Shown here one piece after another: positions 1 to 7,330 of a DNA stretch of 22,128 nt. Every line of letters begins with the position of its first letter. The stretch's first letter is position 1. The position numbers were made by a program, and so were the translations under genes. The stretch comes from Candidatus Zixiibacteriota bacterium (GTDB lineage Bacteria > Zixibacteria > MSB-5A5 > GN15 > FEB-12), in contig JBHHVC010000019.1 of NCBI GenBank assembly GCA_046754125.1, positions 1-22,128 of the forward strand, in the 5' to 3' direction. The notes below the pieces were generated by a model that was not told where the DNA came from, searched no databases, and saw only the letters and a list, made by a program, of their open reading frames with translations.

Positions 1-716
1 GGATTGATTTCATCGACGACAACACGGGATGGGTTGTCGGCTCCGGTTCCACTCTTTTGCGGACCTTCAACGGCGGAACCAACTGGCAATCGGTTGGCCC
101 GGTAATACCTGAACAGATTGACTTTCAGGACATTGATTTTGCCGATGCGCAAAATGGCTGGATTGTTGGAGACGGCGGCCTGATCCTCCACAGTGGCGAT
201 GGCGGCAATAGCTGGAACAGGCAGCTATCGGGGACCAACCGGTTCTTGTCCAGATTAGTCTTTGTTGATACTCTGTCCGGGTGGGCGGTGGGAAACGGCG
301 GGACAATTCTGCACACAGCCGACGGCGGTCAGACATGGTCATCTCAGGCTGCTGGAGAGTTTCTTAACCTCGATCTGCAGGATGTGAGCTTTGTAGACGA
401 TCAACTTGGCTGGATAGCATCGGAGTTCGGGAAAATCCTGCACACAACCAATGGTGGCACCGACTGGACAGTGCAACATCAGTTCGGCGATTCGACCGTT
501 CATTTCTGGTCAATCACATTTGTTGACGATTTCACCGGCTGGGCCGCTGGACGAAACGGCACGATTCTACACACTTTTGACGGTGGCCAGAGTTGGTTGC
601 TTCAACCAACGGGCAGTTCCTCCTGGTTGCGAGGCATGTTCCTTCTTCCGTCCGGTGAGGGATGGGCGGTTGGTGACGAGGGGACTATTCTGCACACCAG
701 TTCCGGTGGCAACTGA
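1..716 (+). CDS. Ycf48-like / BNR(Asp-box)-type beta-propeller repeat protein; 5' partial, reading frame open to window edge
   Basis: Frame 3 is open from position 3; the track's M at 57 is internal. Six ~40-aa repeats with the consensus (T/L)ILHTxDGGxTW + hydrophobic + GW/DD are visible, typical of Ycf48/photosystem-II-assembly-factor-like and BNR propellers. Stop TGA at 714-716. Confidence 0.7.
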   Translation, partial: IDFIDDNTGWVVGSGSTLLRTFNGGTNWQSVGPVIPEQIDFQDIDFADAQNGWIVGDGGLILHSGDGGNSWNRQLSGTNRFLSRLVFVDTLSGWAVGNGGTILHTADGGQTWSSQAAGEFLNLDLQDVSFVDDQLGWIASEFGKILHTTNGGTDWTVQHQFGDSTVHFWSITFVDDFTGWAAGRNGTILHTFDGGQSWLLQPTGSSSWLRGMFLLPSGEGWAVGDEGTILHTSSGGN

Positions 717-869
717 CATTACGATTTGTCCCCGGCGATAATCTGCCAAAAGGTCAGGGGTGGCCCCAATATCACTTTCAGATAGTTTTTGCAGTGTTCG
801 GGTCAAGAGTCCGGACAGGCTATTTCACAATCGCTGGAACGCGTTGGGAAATAACTGACTAACAAGACC

Positions 870-898
870 TTGACAATTATCATTCCTTCAACTTTCAT
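870..898 (+). promoter_or_regulatory. Putative sigma70-type promoter of yedK: TTGACA(870-875)-N17-TTTCAT(893-898). Predicted TSS lies at or 1-2 nt before the ATG at 905 (leaderless; no SD).
   Basis: Consensus -35 hexamer with a 17-bp spacer and a 4/6 -10 match. No purine-rich SD between the -10 and the ATG. Seen in sequence only. Confidence 0.35.
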
Positions 899-904
899 TT
901 ATTT

Positions 905-1588
905 ATGTGTGGTCGGTATGTGTTGGCCCAGGATTATGAAGCGCTCAAGAAGCGTTACGGTTTTTCTGGTGCTACATTTCCCTCTTTTGAGTTCACACCG
1001 CGTTACAATATATCTCCTGGTCAGTTAAGCGCCGCTATCACCAACAGTGAAGGAGCGAGAATACAAAGTATGAAATGGGGGTTGATTCCGCATTGGGCAA
1101 AAGACCCTTCTATTGGCTACAAACTGATTAATGCCCGCTCTGAAACGGTTGCTGAAAAACCGAGTTTTAGAGATGCGTTCAGGAAAAGGAGATGTCTTGT
1201 TCCGGCCAGTGGTTTTTATGAATGGCAGAAACTGCCAGGCAGCAAAGCAAAACAGCCTTTTTATATTACCTGCTCTGATAGAGCCAACGCTGATGTTTTT
1301 TCTTTTGCTGGTTTATGGTCGGTATGGGATGATCCGGACAGCAATAATATCTTTACTTACACTATTCTAACTACCGGATCAAACGAGTTGATGAATCGCA
1401 TCCATAACCGAATGCCTGTCATTTTGCGAAAAGATGACGAAAGCGAATGGCTTGATAATAAAACTGATCTTGCTTCATTGAAGCAATTGTTTGAGCCATT
1501 CCCTTATGAACAGATGAATGCTTATCCGGTATCAACTATGGTTAATTCCCCCAAGAATGATCTCCCCGCGTGCATTTCCCCTCTATAG
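905..1588 (+). CDS. yedK: SOS response-associated peptidase (SRAP / YedK / HMCES family), abasic-site processing protein
   Basis: N-terminal MCGRY with catalytic Cys2. The SRAP signature is conserved throughout (PRYNISPGQ, WGLIPHWAKD, NARSET, FRxAFxxRRCLVPAxGFYEW, HxRMPVIL). 227 aa is the typical length. Confidence 0.9.
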   Translation: MCGRYVLAQDYEALKKRYGFSGATFPSFEFTPRYNISPGQLSAAITNSEGARIQSMKWGLIPHWAKDPSIGYKLINARSETVAEKPSFRDAFRKRRCLVPASGFYEWQKLPGSKAKQPFYITCSDRANADVFSFAGLWSVWDDPDSNNIFTYTILTTGSNELMNRIHNRMPVILRKDDESEWLDNKTDLASLKQLFEPFPYEQMNAYPVSTMVNSPKNDLPACISPL

Positions 1589-1623
1589 TGATTTGCCGAT
1601 TTGAAAATGTGATTAGTGAGTGA

Positions 1624-1652
1624 TTGACAGTTTTTCCTTTTCCCTTTTTATG
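1624..1652 (+). promoter_or_regulatory. Putative promoter of umuD: TTGACA(1624-1629)-N17-TTTATG(1647-1652), ending 5 nt before the GTG start. Same architecture as the yedK promoter.
   Basis: Consensus -35 with a 17-bp spacer and a weak -10. No SD upstream of GTG 1658. GATTAGTGA (1611-1619) lies immediately upstream of the -35. Confidence 0.3.
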
Positions 1653-1657
1653 GAACT

Positions 1658-2071
1658 GTGAAAAACAAGAAATATAGGAAACAGATTTTTTCGCTAATTA
1701 GCAATCTTACTGTTTCGGCAGGCTTCCCTTCTCCCGCCGGAGATTACCTAGAATCTCCTCTGGACCTCAACGAGCTTCTTCTACCTCGTCCGACTTCCAC
1801 TTTTTTTGTGCGGGCAAGAGGAGAGTCAATGCTGGAAGCCGGAATTCAGGATGGGGATTTGCTGGTTGTTGACCGCTCTTTGGAAACCAACAGTAACGAT
1901 ATTGTGGTTGCTGTTTTAGACGGGGAGTTCACTGTCAAACGTTTTGTTAAGAGGCAAGGTACAATGCTTCTTCTGCCCGCCAATAAATCATATCCTTCTA
2001 TTGCGATTGATGCTGATAATAATTGTGAAATCTGGGGAGTGGTGACCTGTGTCATCCACAAAACAAGATAA
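1658..2071 (+). CDS. umuD: Translesion DNA polymerase V accessory subunit UmuD (LexA-like S24 self-cleaving peptidase)
   Basis: The SAGFPSPAGDY motif contains an Ala-Gly autocleavage site. Ser (ARGESML) and Lys (EFTVKRF) of the catalytic dyad are conserved. GTG 1658 is the only in-frame start upstream of the conserved N-terminal motif. Confidence 0.85.
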   Translation: MKNKKYRKQIFSLISNLTVSAGFPSPAGDYLESPLDLNELLLPRPTSTFFVRARGESMLEAGIQDGDLLVVDRSLETNSNDIVVAVLDGEFTVKRFVKRQGTMLLLPANKSYPSIAIDADNNCEIWGVVTCVIHKTR

Positions 2072-3323
2072 ACCATTTGCCCTGGCAGATTGTGATAATT
2101 TTTATGTCTCATGCGAGAGACTCTTTCAACCAAAGTATAAATCTACTCCAGTGGTTGTTCTTTCCAACAACGACGGCTGTATTGTAGCCCGCTCACCGGA
2201 AGTAAAAGCACTGGGGGTTGGGATGGGGAAACCATTTTACGAGTTCAAAGACATTATAGAACGGCACAAAGTTAAAGTCTTCTCGTCCAACTATACTCTC
2301 TATGGTGATATTTCACGGAGGGTGATGGAAACGCTCAAAGGACTGGCGGCTCAAGTGGAGGTCTATTCGATTGATGAGGCTTTTCTTATTCTGGGGACAA
2401 ACGAAGGGTTAAAGCTGGGAAAACATATTCGCAGAAAAGTCCTAAAAAATATCGGAATTCCTCTAACGATTGGAATCGGCCAGACCAAAACTCTGGCCAA
2501 AATTGCCGCTGAGTACGCCAAAAAAAGAGGGGACGGACAGTCCGTTTTTGACCTTTACAGTTGTCTCAAGCCTGATGAGATTCTAGAATCAGTTTTGGTG
2601 CAGGACATCTGGGGAGTAGGACTTAAAACAGCCGAGTGGCTGTATCAGAGAGGTATTAACACCGCTTTGGATTTGAAGAGAATTAACGATGAAACAATCA
2701 GGAAGAGAGCCGGCGTAGTTGGGCTGCGGACTGTTTATGAATTGCGGGGGATATCATGCATTGAGCTTCGCGCTCTCAATGCTCCCAAGAAGGGTATTAC
2801 ATCATCGCGGTCGTTTGGCAGGTATGTCACCGCTCTTAAAGATTTGGAAGAATCAATTGCAACTCATGCCACTATTGCCGGAGAGAAACTTCGTAAAGAC
2901 AATTCTGTTGCCGGTGAGATATCAGCTTTTATCACTACCAATGTTTATTCCAATAACCCTCAGTATGGTAAGTCGCTGCCAATTTCCATCCACCCACCTT
3001 CCTCCGCCACTAACGAACTGATTAAGCCGGCACTGGCTGCTTTGCGAAAAATCTATAAACCCGGCTATCGCTATATCAAGGCGGGAGTTATGTTGAACAA
3101 AATCTCCCCTGCTTCTCAAAGACAAATTGATATGTTTGTGCCCCGCGATGTTGAAAAAGAGGAACAGATTTATAGATCGGTTGACAGAATAAATCTTTTT
3201 TTTGGTTCAAACACTATCCGACCGGCATCGTGCGGGATAAAACAGAACTGGAAAATGAAACAGGATTTCAACTCACCCCGCTTCACAACAAAATGGGAAG
3301 AACTGCCTGTAGCAAGGATATAG
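2049..3323 (+). CDS. umuC: Y-family DNA polymerase V catalytic subunit UmuC
   Basis: N-terminus FALADCDNFYVSCERLF...VVVLSNNDGCIVARS is near-identical in pattern to E. coli UmuC (FALCDVNAFYASCE...VVVLSNNDGCVIARS). Catalytic SIDEAF motif is present. GTG start overlaps the umuD 3' end by 23 nt. Confidence 0.9.
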   Translation: MSSTKQDKPFALADCDNFYVSCERLFQPKYKSTPVVVLSNNDGCIVARSPEVKALGVGMGKPFYEFKDIIERHKVKVFSSNYTLYGDISRRVMETLKGLAAQVEVYSIDEAFLILGTNEGLKLGKHIRRKVLKNIGIPLTIGIGQTKTLAKIAAEYAKKRGDGQSVFDLYSCLKPDEILESVLVQDIWGVGLKTAEWLYQRGINTALDLKRINDETIRKRAGVVGLRTVYELRGISCIELRALNAPKKGITSSRSFGRYVTALKDLEESIATHATIAGEKLRKDNSVAGEISAFITTNVYSNNPQYGKSLPISIHPPSSATNELIKPALAALRKIYKPGYRYIKAGVMLNKISPASQRQIDMFVPRDVEKEEQIYRSVDRINLFFGSNTIRPASCGIKQNWKMKQDFNSPRFTTKWEELPVARI

Positions 3324-3416
3324 AAAGAAACACACGACATTTACAGCCTTGTAAGTTGGCAATTTGACAATAACCTGCGGCCGGAATCAAATAAGCACTG
3401 GGAGGGGGAAGTCACT

Positions 3417-3447
3417 GTCCAGAACTGGACTCGTAACTTATTGTTAG
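3417..3447 (+). terminator. Weak intrinsic-terminator-like hairpin downstream of umuC: GTCCAG/CTGGAC stem (3417-3430) followed by the U-rich tcgtaacttattgtt.
   Basis: Inverted repeat of 5-6 bp with a 2-4 nt loop; the downstream tract is T-rich but not a clean T-run. Lies in the convergent umuC/lgt gap. Confidence 0.2.
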
Positions 3448-3480
3448 TTCAAACGATATAGAATGGCGGGGTGGGTGAGA

Positions 3481-4305
3481 CTATAGCGACTCGGTCTTTG
3501 CCTTAATCTTTTTTCGGGATGCCGTCCACTGCCACAGATATATGCTCAGTCCGAGGGCAAAAAGACCAACCGAAACGAGATGATTATACGTCGCGTGGAT
3601 CGGTCCCAGGTCGAAATACATGGCCGACTCATAATAGCGAACCGCTTCAATTGCAAAGCGAAACAGCGCCTCTAACATGAATAGAAGGCCAATGACCTGT
3701 CCGTGAAACTGCTTGTGCTTGTGCAAGAAGTGAAGAAGGACAAACAAACCGAATCCGTACAATGAACTGTATAGTTGGGCAGGGTGAAGGTGTAGATCGC
3801 CAAAGACTGAAAATGGAATCGAGCCGGGCGAGAAAGAAACTCCCCACGGCAGATCAGTCGGCGTGCCGAAACAGCACCCATTGAGCCAGCAACCGATTCG
3901 GCCAAATCCAATTCCTAATCCGAGCGGCGCGGCAAAGTAATCGAACACTTCCAGGATCGACAGTTTGCGTATGGTGCAGTAAAGCCATACGCCGACTACG
4001 GCCAGGACAATTCCACCGTATAGGGTCAGACCTGAGATTCCAAACTGCGACGAGGCAAACGGGTTGAACGATGCACTCCAGTTGTTCTTAAAGTCGCTGA
4101 GGTGCAGCAGCACGTAAAGCAACCGTCCGCCGATAATGCCGCCGAATATTATTATGTAGGACATAGTCAGAAACGGCTCAAACGGCTTGCCGTCGCGCTC
4201 AATGATCTTCTTCACATAGAGGATGCCGCCCAAAAAGGCCAACGCAAGCATCAGGCCATATCCGCGAATAGGCAGGGGGCCAATATGAAACAGTTCAGGC
4301 AACAT
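3481..4305 (-). CDS. lgt: Prolipoprotein diacylglyceryl transferase
   Basis: Lgt signature motifs are present (GRIGCWLNGCCFG, HPAQLY). The protein is multi-TM and 274 aa; ATG start at 4305. Confidence 0.9.
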   Translation of the reverse strand: MLPELFHIGPLPIRGYGLMLALAFLGGILYVKKIIERDGKPFEPFLTMSYIIIFGGIIGGRLLYVLLHLSDFKNNWSASFNPFASSQFGISGLTLYGGIVLAVVGVWLYCTIRKLSILEVFDYFAAPLGLGIGFGRIGCWLNGCCFGTPTDLPWGVSFSPGSIPFSVFGDLHLHPAQLYSSLYGFGLFVLLHFLHKHKQFHGQVIGLLFMLEALFRFAIEAVRYYESAMYFDLGPIHATYNHLVSVGLFALGLSIYLWQWTASRKKIKAKTESL

Positions 4306-5215
4306 GTTCGGTTCTCGGATCTACTGAGTAGTTATACGATTCATCGGCGCTGGCCGTCCTGACCTGCAGCCTGTCGAAAACCAAGAACGCCGCCAGGGCA
4401 ATAGCAGTTCCAACTATGACATCAGAGATATAGTGAAATCGTCCCCACACCGTTCCAATAGCTAAGCCGACGTTGACAGCCAGCAATGGCCGATAAAGAC
4501 GTGGAAAGTGGCGACGGCAAAAGATCAGGATGACCAGTGCTATGGCCACATGGGTAGACGGCATACAGCCACCGCGCACGGCTCCATTGTCAATCACCAG
4601 ATTGACCAGCGGACGAAATATGAAGCCCTCAACATCGTGCTGAAACAGATCGGCAAAGAACCAGCGAGGCCCTTCGATCGGAAAAGAGAAGAACAGCAAA
4701 TAGGACGGGAAGAAAGTCAATCCGGCAACGGTCCAGAACGATTGGATAATGTCGTCGTGTCGCTTGGCATAGCAGAGCCAGAGAAAGCCGGGGATCATCG
4801 CGTAATAGCAGAAATAGCAGAATGAAAACAGCTCGTTCAGCCAGACATTCAGAAGGTGTTGGTCAATATACAGTGTTGAGTTTATCCCCATAACCATGTG
4901 CTCAAACTGAGTAAGCCCGGGATCAAGAAAGTGGTCGAAAAACAGGAACATTGTGCCGCCGGTGAGTTGGTAGAACAGGCTGAACAAAACAGCAGGGTAG
5001 AGCACACGGACGAAGCGATGCAGACCGCCGCGAGACCCGTTCACATACCGGGGGATGAGAATTGCAGTAAGAGCCGTTCCCGAGTAAATGATGATTTCGT
5101 TCAGATATGACCCAATCGGCTGCCCAACAGCGAGAAGCAGCGCTGCCATGAAAACAGAATAACCTGCGATCAGCAGGTCAAACGCATGGTAGCGAGGTAG
5201 TGCTACTTGCTTCAT
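4295..5215 (-). CDS. PAP2-superfamily integral membrane phosphatase (PgpB / undecaprenyl-PP / lipid-A phosphatase-like), substrate unknown
   Basis: C-terminal PAP2 motifs are present (PSTHVA...GRFHYISDV). The N-terminal ~200 aa are polytopic. Start is called at ATG 5215-5213, which forms an ATGA start/stop overlap with the rsmI stop (5214-5212). The track ORF extends to 5362 but that extension lies inside rsmI in another frame. The 3' end overlaps the lgt start by 11 nt. Confidence 0.7.
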   Translation of the reverse strand: MKQVALPRYHAFDLLIAGYSVFMAALLLAVGQPIGSYLNEIIIYSGTALTAILIPRYVNGSRGGLHRFVRVLYPAVLFSLFYQLTGGTMFLFFDHFLDPGLTQFEHMVMGINSTLYIDQHLLNVWLNELFSFCYFCYYAMIPGFLWLCYAKRHDDIIQSFWTVAGLTFFPSYLLFFSFPIEGPRWFFADLFQHDVEGFIFRPLVNLVIDNGAVRGGCMPSTHVAIALVILIFCRRHFPRLYRPLLAVNVGLAIGTVWGRFHYISDVIVGTAIALAAFLVFDRLQVRTASADESYNYSVDPRTEHVA

Positions 5216-5976
5216 CTGCTCTTGCTCTTTTTTGATTCTCCGGCAACGACTATGACAATTTCTCCTCTTATTTTTCCCTTGCCAATACATTCGAGCACCG
5301 ATTGCAGTGTGCCACGGATAAACTGTTCGTGCAGCTTGCTGATTTCGCGAGCCACGCAGCACTGTCGGTCTCCCAGTACGTCGCTCATATCAGAGAGTGA
5401 TTTTGCTAATCTGTGGGGTGATTCGTAAAAGATCAGCGTGTGTTCCCAACTGGCCAGTTGTCGTAGCCGGGTTTGTCGTGCGCCGCTCTTATTCGGCAGG
5501 AATCCCTCATAAAAAAAACGATCTGTGGGCAGGCCGGAAGCGGTCAGGGCCGGAATCAGGGCTGTCGGTCCGGGCAACGGAACAATTGGCAGCCCGGCCT
5601 CAATAGCGGCCCGGACAACTCGGTAAGCAGGATCAGATATACCGGGCGAGCCGGCATCAGTTATCACTGCAACCGACTGGCCGCCGGTCACAGCCTGTAC
5701 AATAGTCTGAGCGCGTGTCGTTTCGTTATGTTCGTGGTAACTCACCAGTTTTTTTTTCAGCCCCAGATGCTTTAGCAGCTGACCGCTGTGTCGAGTATCC
5801 TCGCACGCTACCAGATCGGCTACTTCGAGCACTATGCGTGCACGTTCGGTCAGGTCGCCGAGATTGCCTATAGGGGTTGGCACAAGGTACACCGTCCCCG
5901 GTTCGGCCTCGTCACGGCTGTTGCTATGGCTGGAGTTCAATGGTCTGCGGTATTTCTGCTCTGCCGAGTGAGGCAA
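5212..5976 (-). CDS. rsmI: 16S rRNA (cytidine1402-2'-O)-methyltransferase RsmI
   Basis: VYLVPTPIGNLGDLTERA...FYESPHR is the RsmI/tetrapyrrole-methylase-like signature. The longest ORF begins with TTG at 5976 and overlaps nadE's 3' end by 53 nt. Alternative in-frame starts are TTG 5940 and GTG 5895, so the true start is uncertain. Confidence 0.8.
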   Translation of the reverse strand: MPHSAEQKYRRPLNSSHSNSRDEAEPGTVYLVPTPIGNLGDLTERARIVLEVADLVACEDTRHSGQLLKHLGLKKKLVSYHEHNETTRAQTIVQAVTGGQSVAVITDAGSPGISDPAYRVVRAAIEAGLPIVPLPGPTALIPALTASGLPTDRFFYEGFLPNKSGARQTRLRQLASWEHTLIFYESPHRLAKSLSDMSDVLGDRQCCVAREISKLHEQFIRGTLQSVLECIGKGKIRGEIVIVVAGESKKSKSR

Positions 5977-6751
5977 CCTGCGGTAGAGCGCGCTTGAAGC
6001 TGTTCTTATTCAGAAGGCTGACGACGGTATCGATATCTGAAGTCGCGAAGCCTTCGCTTTTAAGCGATGTTCGTGACGTAATGCCGTCGTCGATTAGTCG
6101 ACGCAAGAGACGATCAATTGTCTCATATGTGATGCCGATTTCACCCTCGTCGGTTTGGCCAACCCAGAGGTCTGCTGACGGGGGTTTGTCGATAATTGAT
6201 TGCGGTACGCCCAAATTGCGCGACAGTGTTCGCACCTCTGTTTTGTAGAGTTGGCCGATGGGGTTGACCGAACAGGCAGCATCTCCGTACCATGTGGTGT
6301 AGCCAAGACATATTTCTGTCCTGTTGCCTGTGCCTAGGACAAGTCGGTTGGCTTCGTGAGCGATATCAAACAGTATCGACATCCGTTCGCGAGCCATTTT
6401 GTTGCCGGCCCTGAGAGCGGTCTTATCGGTTATCTCCGAATAGTATGCGTCGATCATCGGCGAGATATCAACTGTACGATACTCTATACCAAGCTGCCCC
6501 GCCAGTTCGGTGGCATCTGTGATAGAGTTTTCCGATGATGTCCGATATGGCATCAGTACGCCAAGCACTTTAGTCTGGCCAACCGCTCTGGAGGCCAAAG
6601 TTGTCGACAAAGCGGAGTCGATACCACCAGAGAGTCCGACTACATATCCGGCCATATGCGATTGTGCCAGGCAGTCGCGCAGAAACGTCTCTGCCGACAA
6701 AACAGCCCTTTCTATATCGAAAATCGTGTCTGCCGTGTGCCCTTCTATCAT
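5924..6751 (-). CDS. nadE: NH3-dependent NAD+ synthetase
   Basis: PP-loop GLSGGIDS sits ~38 residues after the internal ATG (6751-6749), matching the usual NadE N-terminal length. The track ORF extends to GTG 6850, but those 33 residues are non-homologous and would bury the ssb promoter in coding sequence. Confidence 0.8.
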   Translation of the reverse strand: MIEGHTADTIFDIERAVLSAETFLRDCLAQSHMAGYVVGLSGGIDSALSTTLASRAVGQTKVLGVLMPYRTSSENSITDATELAGQLGIEYRTVDISPMIDAYYSEITDKTALRAGNKMARERMSILFDIAHEANRLVLGTGNRTEICLGYTTWYGDAACSVNPIGQLYKTEVRTLSRNLGVPQSIIDKPPSADLWVGQTDEGEIGITYETIDRLLRRLIDDGITSRTSLKSEGFATSDIDTVVSLLNKNSFKRALPQVASLGRAEIPQTIELQP

Positions 6752-6805
6752 AACCCAAACGATATTCGGTATGACAGTCTGTGACAAGCAAAATGTTATG
6801 GCCGC

Positions 6806-6834
6806 TTGACAGCCGCTTAGGCGCCTGTTATCTA
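6806..6834 (+). promoter_or_regulatory. Putative ssb promoter TTGACA(6806-6811)-N17-TATCTA(6829-6834), followed by a ~27-nt leader with SD GCGAGGG (6858-6864).
   Basis: Consensus -35 with a 17-bp spacer; a plausible SD lies 5-6 nt before ATG 6869. Confidence 0.4.
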
Positions 6835-6868
6835 CAAGTACGTATTTCACATAATTAGCGAGGGATAT

Positions 6869-7291
6869 ATGAGTGTAAACAAGGCGATACTGATTGGGCG
6901 ACTGGGGAAAGACCCGGAGCTCAAGTACACACCCAGTGGCCGTCCGGTAGCCAATTTTTCGCTGGCTACAAATCGCAGTTGGAGCGGTCAGGACGGGCAG
7001 AAGCAGGAGTCAACAACCTGGCACAACATCGTGGCTTGGGGAAAACAGGCAGAAGTGATCAAGGAATACCTGTCGAAAGGCCGTGAGGTCTATATCGAGG
7101 GGCGGATCGACAACCGGTCGTACGAAGACAAAGAAGGCAACAAGAAGTATATCTCTGAAGTGGTTGTCGAAAACTTCCGGTTTATTGGCAGCCGAGGCGA
7201 TGCGCCTGTGAACAATCAGGCCGCCCCTGCAGCAGCTTCCGGCGCTGCTCCGGCTTCAAATACTTCGGGCGACGACGACCTGCCGTTTTAG
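6869..7291 (+). CDS. ssb: Single-stranded DNA-binding protein
   Basis: OB-fold N-terminus (MSVNKAILIGRLGKDPELKYTPSG) is followed by a Gly/Ala/Pro-rich linker and an acidic C-terminal tip DDDLPF (canonical DDDIPF). Confidence 0.92.
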   Translation: MSVNKAILIGRLGKDPELKYTPSGRPVANFSLATNRSWSGQDGQKQESTTWHNIVAWGKQAEVIKEYLSKGREVYIEGRIDNRSYEDKEGNKKYISEVVVENFRFIGSRGDAPVNNQAAPAAASGAAPASNTSGDDDLPF

Positions 7292-7301
7292 GCGTTTCAG
7301 G

Positions 7302-7330
7302 AGGGCCGTGGTGGGCGAGCCCTATCGTTT
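7302..7330. terminator. Possible bidirectional terminator hairpin AGGGC...GCCCT (5-bp GC stem, 12-nt loop) in the convergent ssb/lpxD junction.
   Basis: Inverted repeat 7302-7306 / 7319-7323, followed by gttt on the plus strand. It overlaps the lpxD stop codon; weak. Confidence 0.2.

Noticed and set aside
757-767. GGGGtggCCCC mini-hairpin followed ~18 nt later by TTTTT (786-790) downstream of the Ycf48-like gene
   Set aside because: The 4-bp stem with a 3-nt loop is too far from the T-run, so it is not a convincing intrinsic terminator.
838-845. 8-bp palindrome AACGCGTT upstream of yedK (possible operator)
   Set aside because: A single 8-mer palindrome in ~190 bp is expected by chance (~0.7 occurrences). 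It is not shared with the other damage-gene upstream regions.
5216-5362. N-terminal extension of the PAP2 ORF (track start 5362)
   Set aside because: The extension runs through the rsmI 3' end in another frame and is Arg/Cys-rich nonsense. The ATG at 5215 overlaps the rsmI stop as ATGA, giving a much more plausible start.
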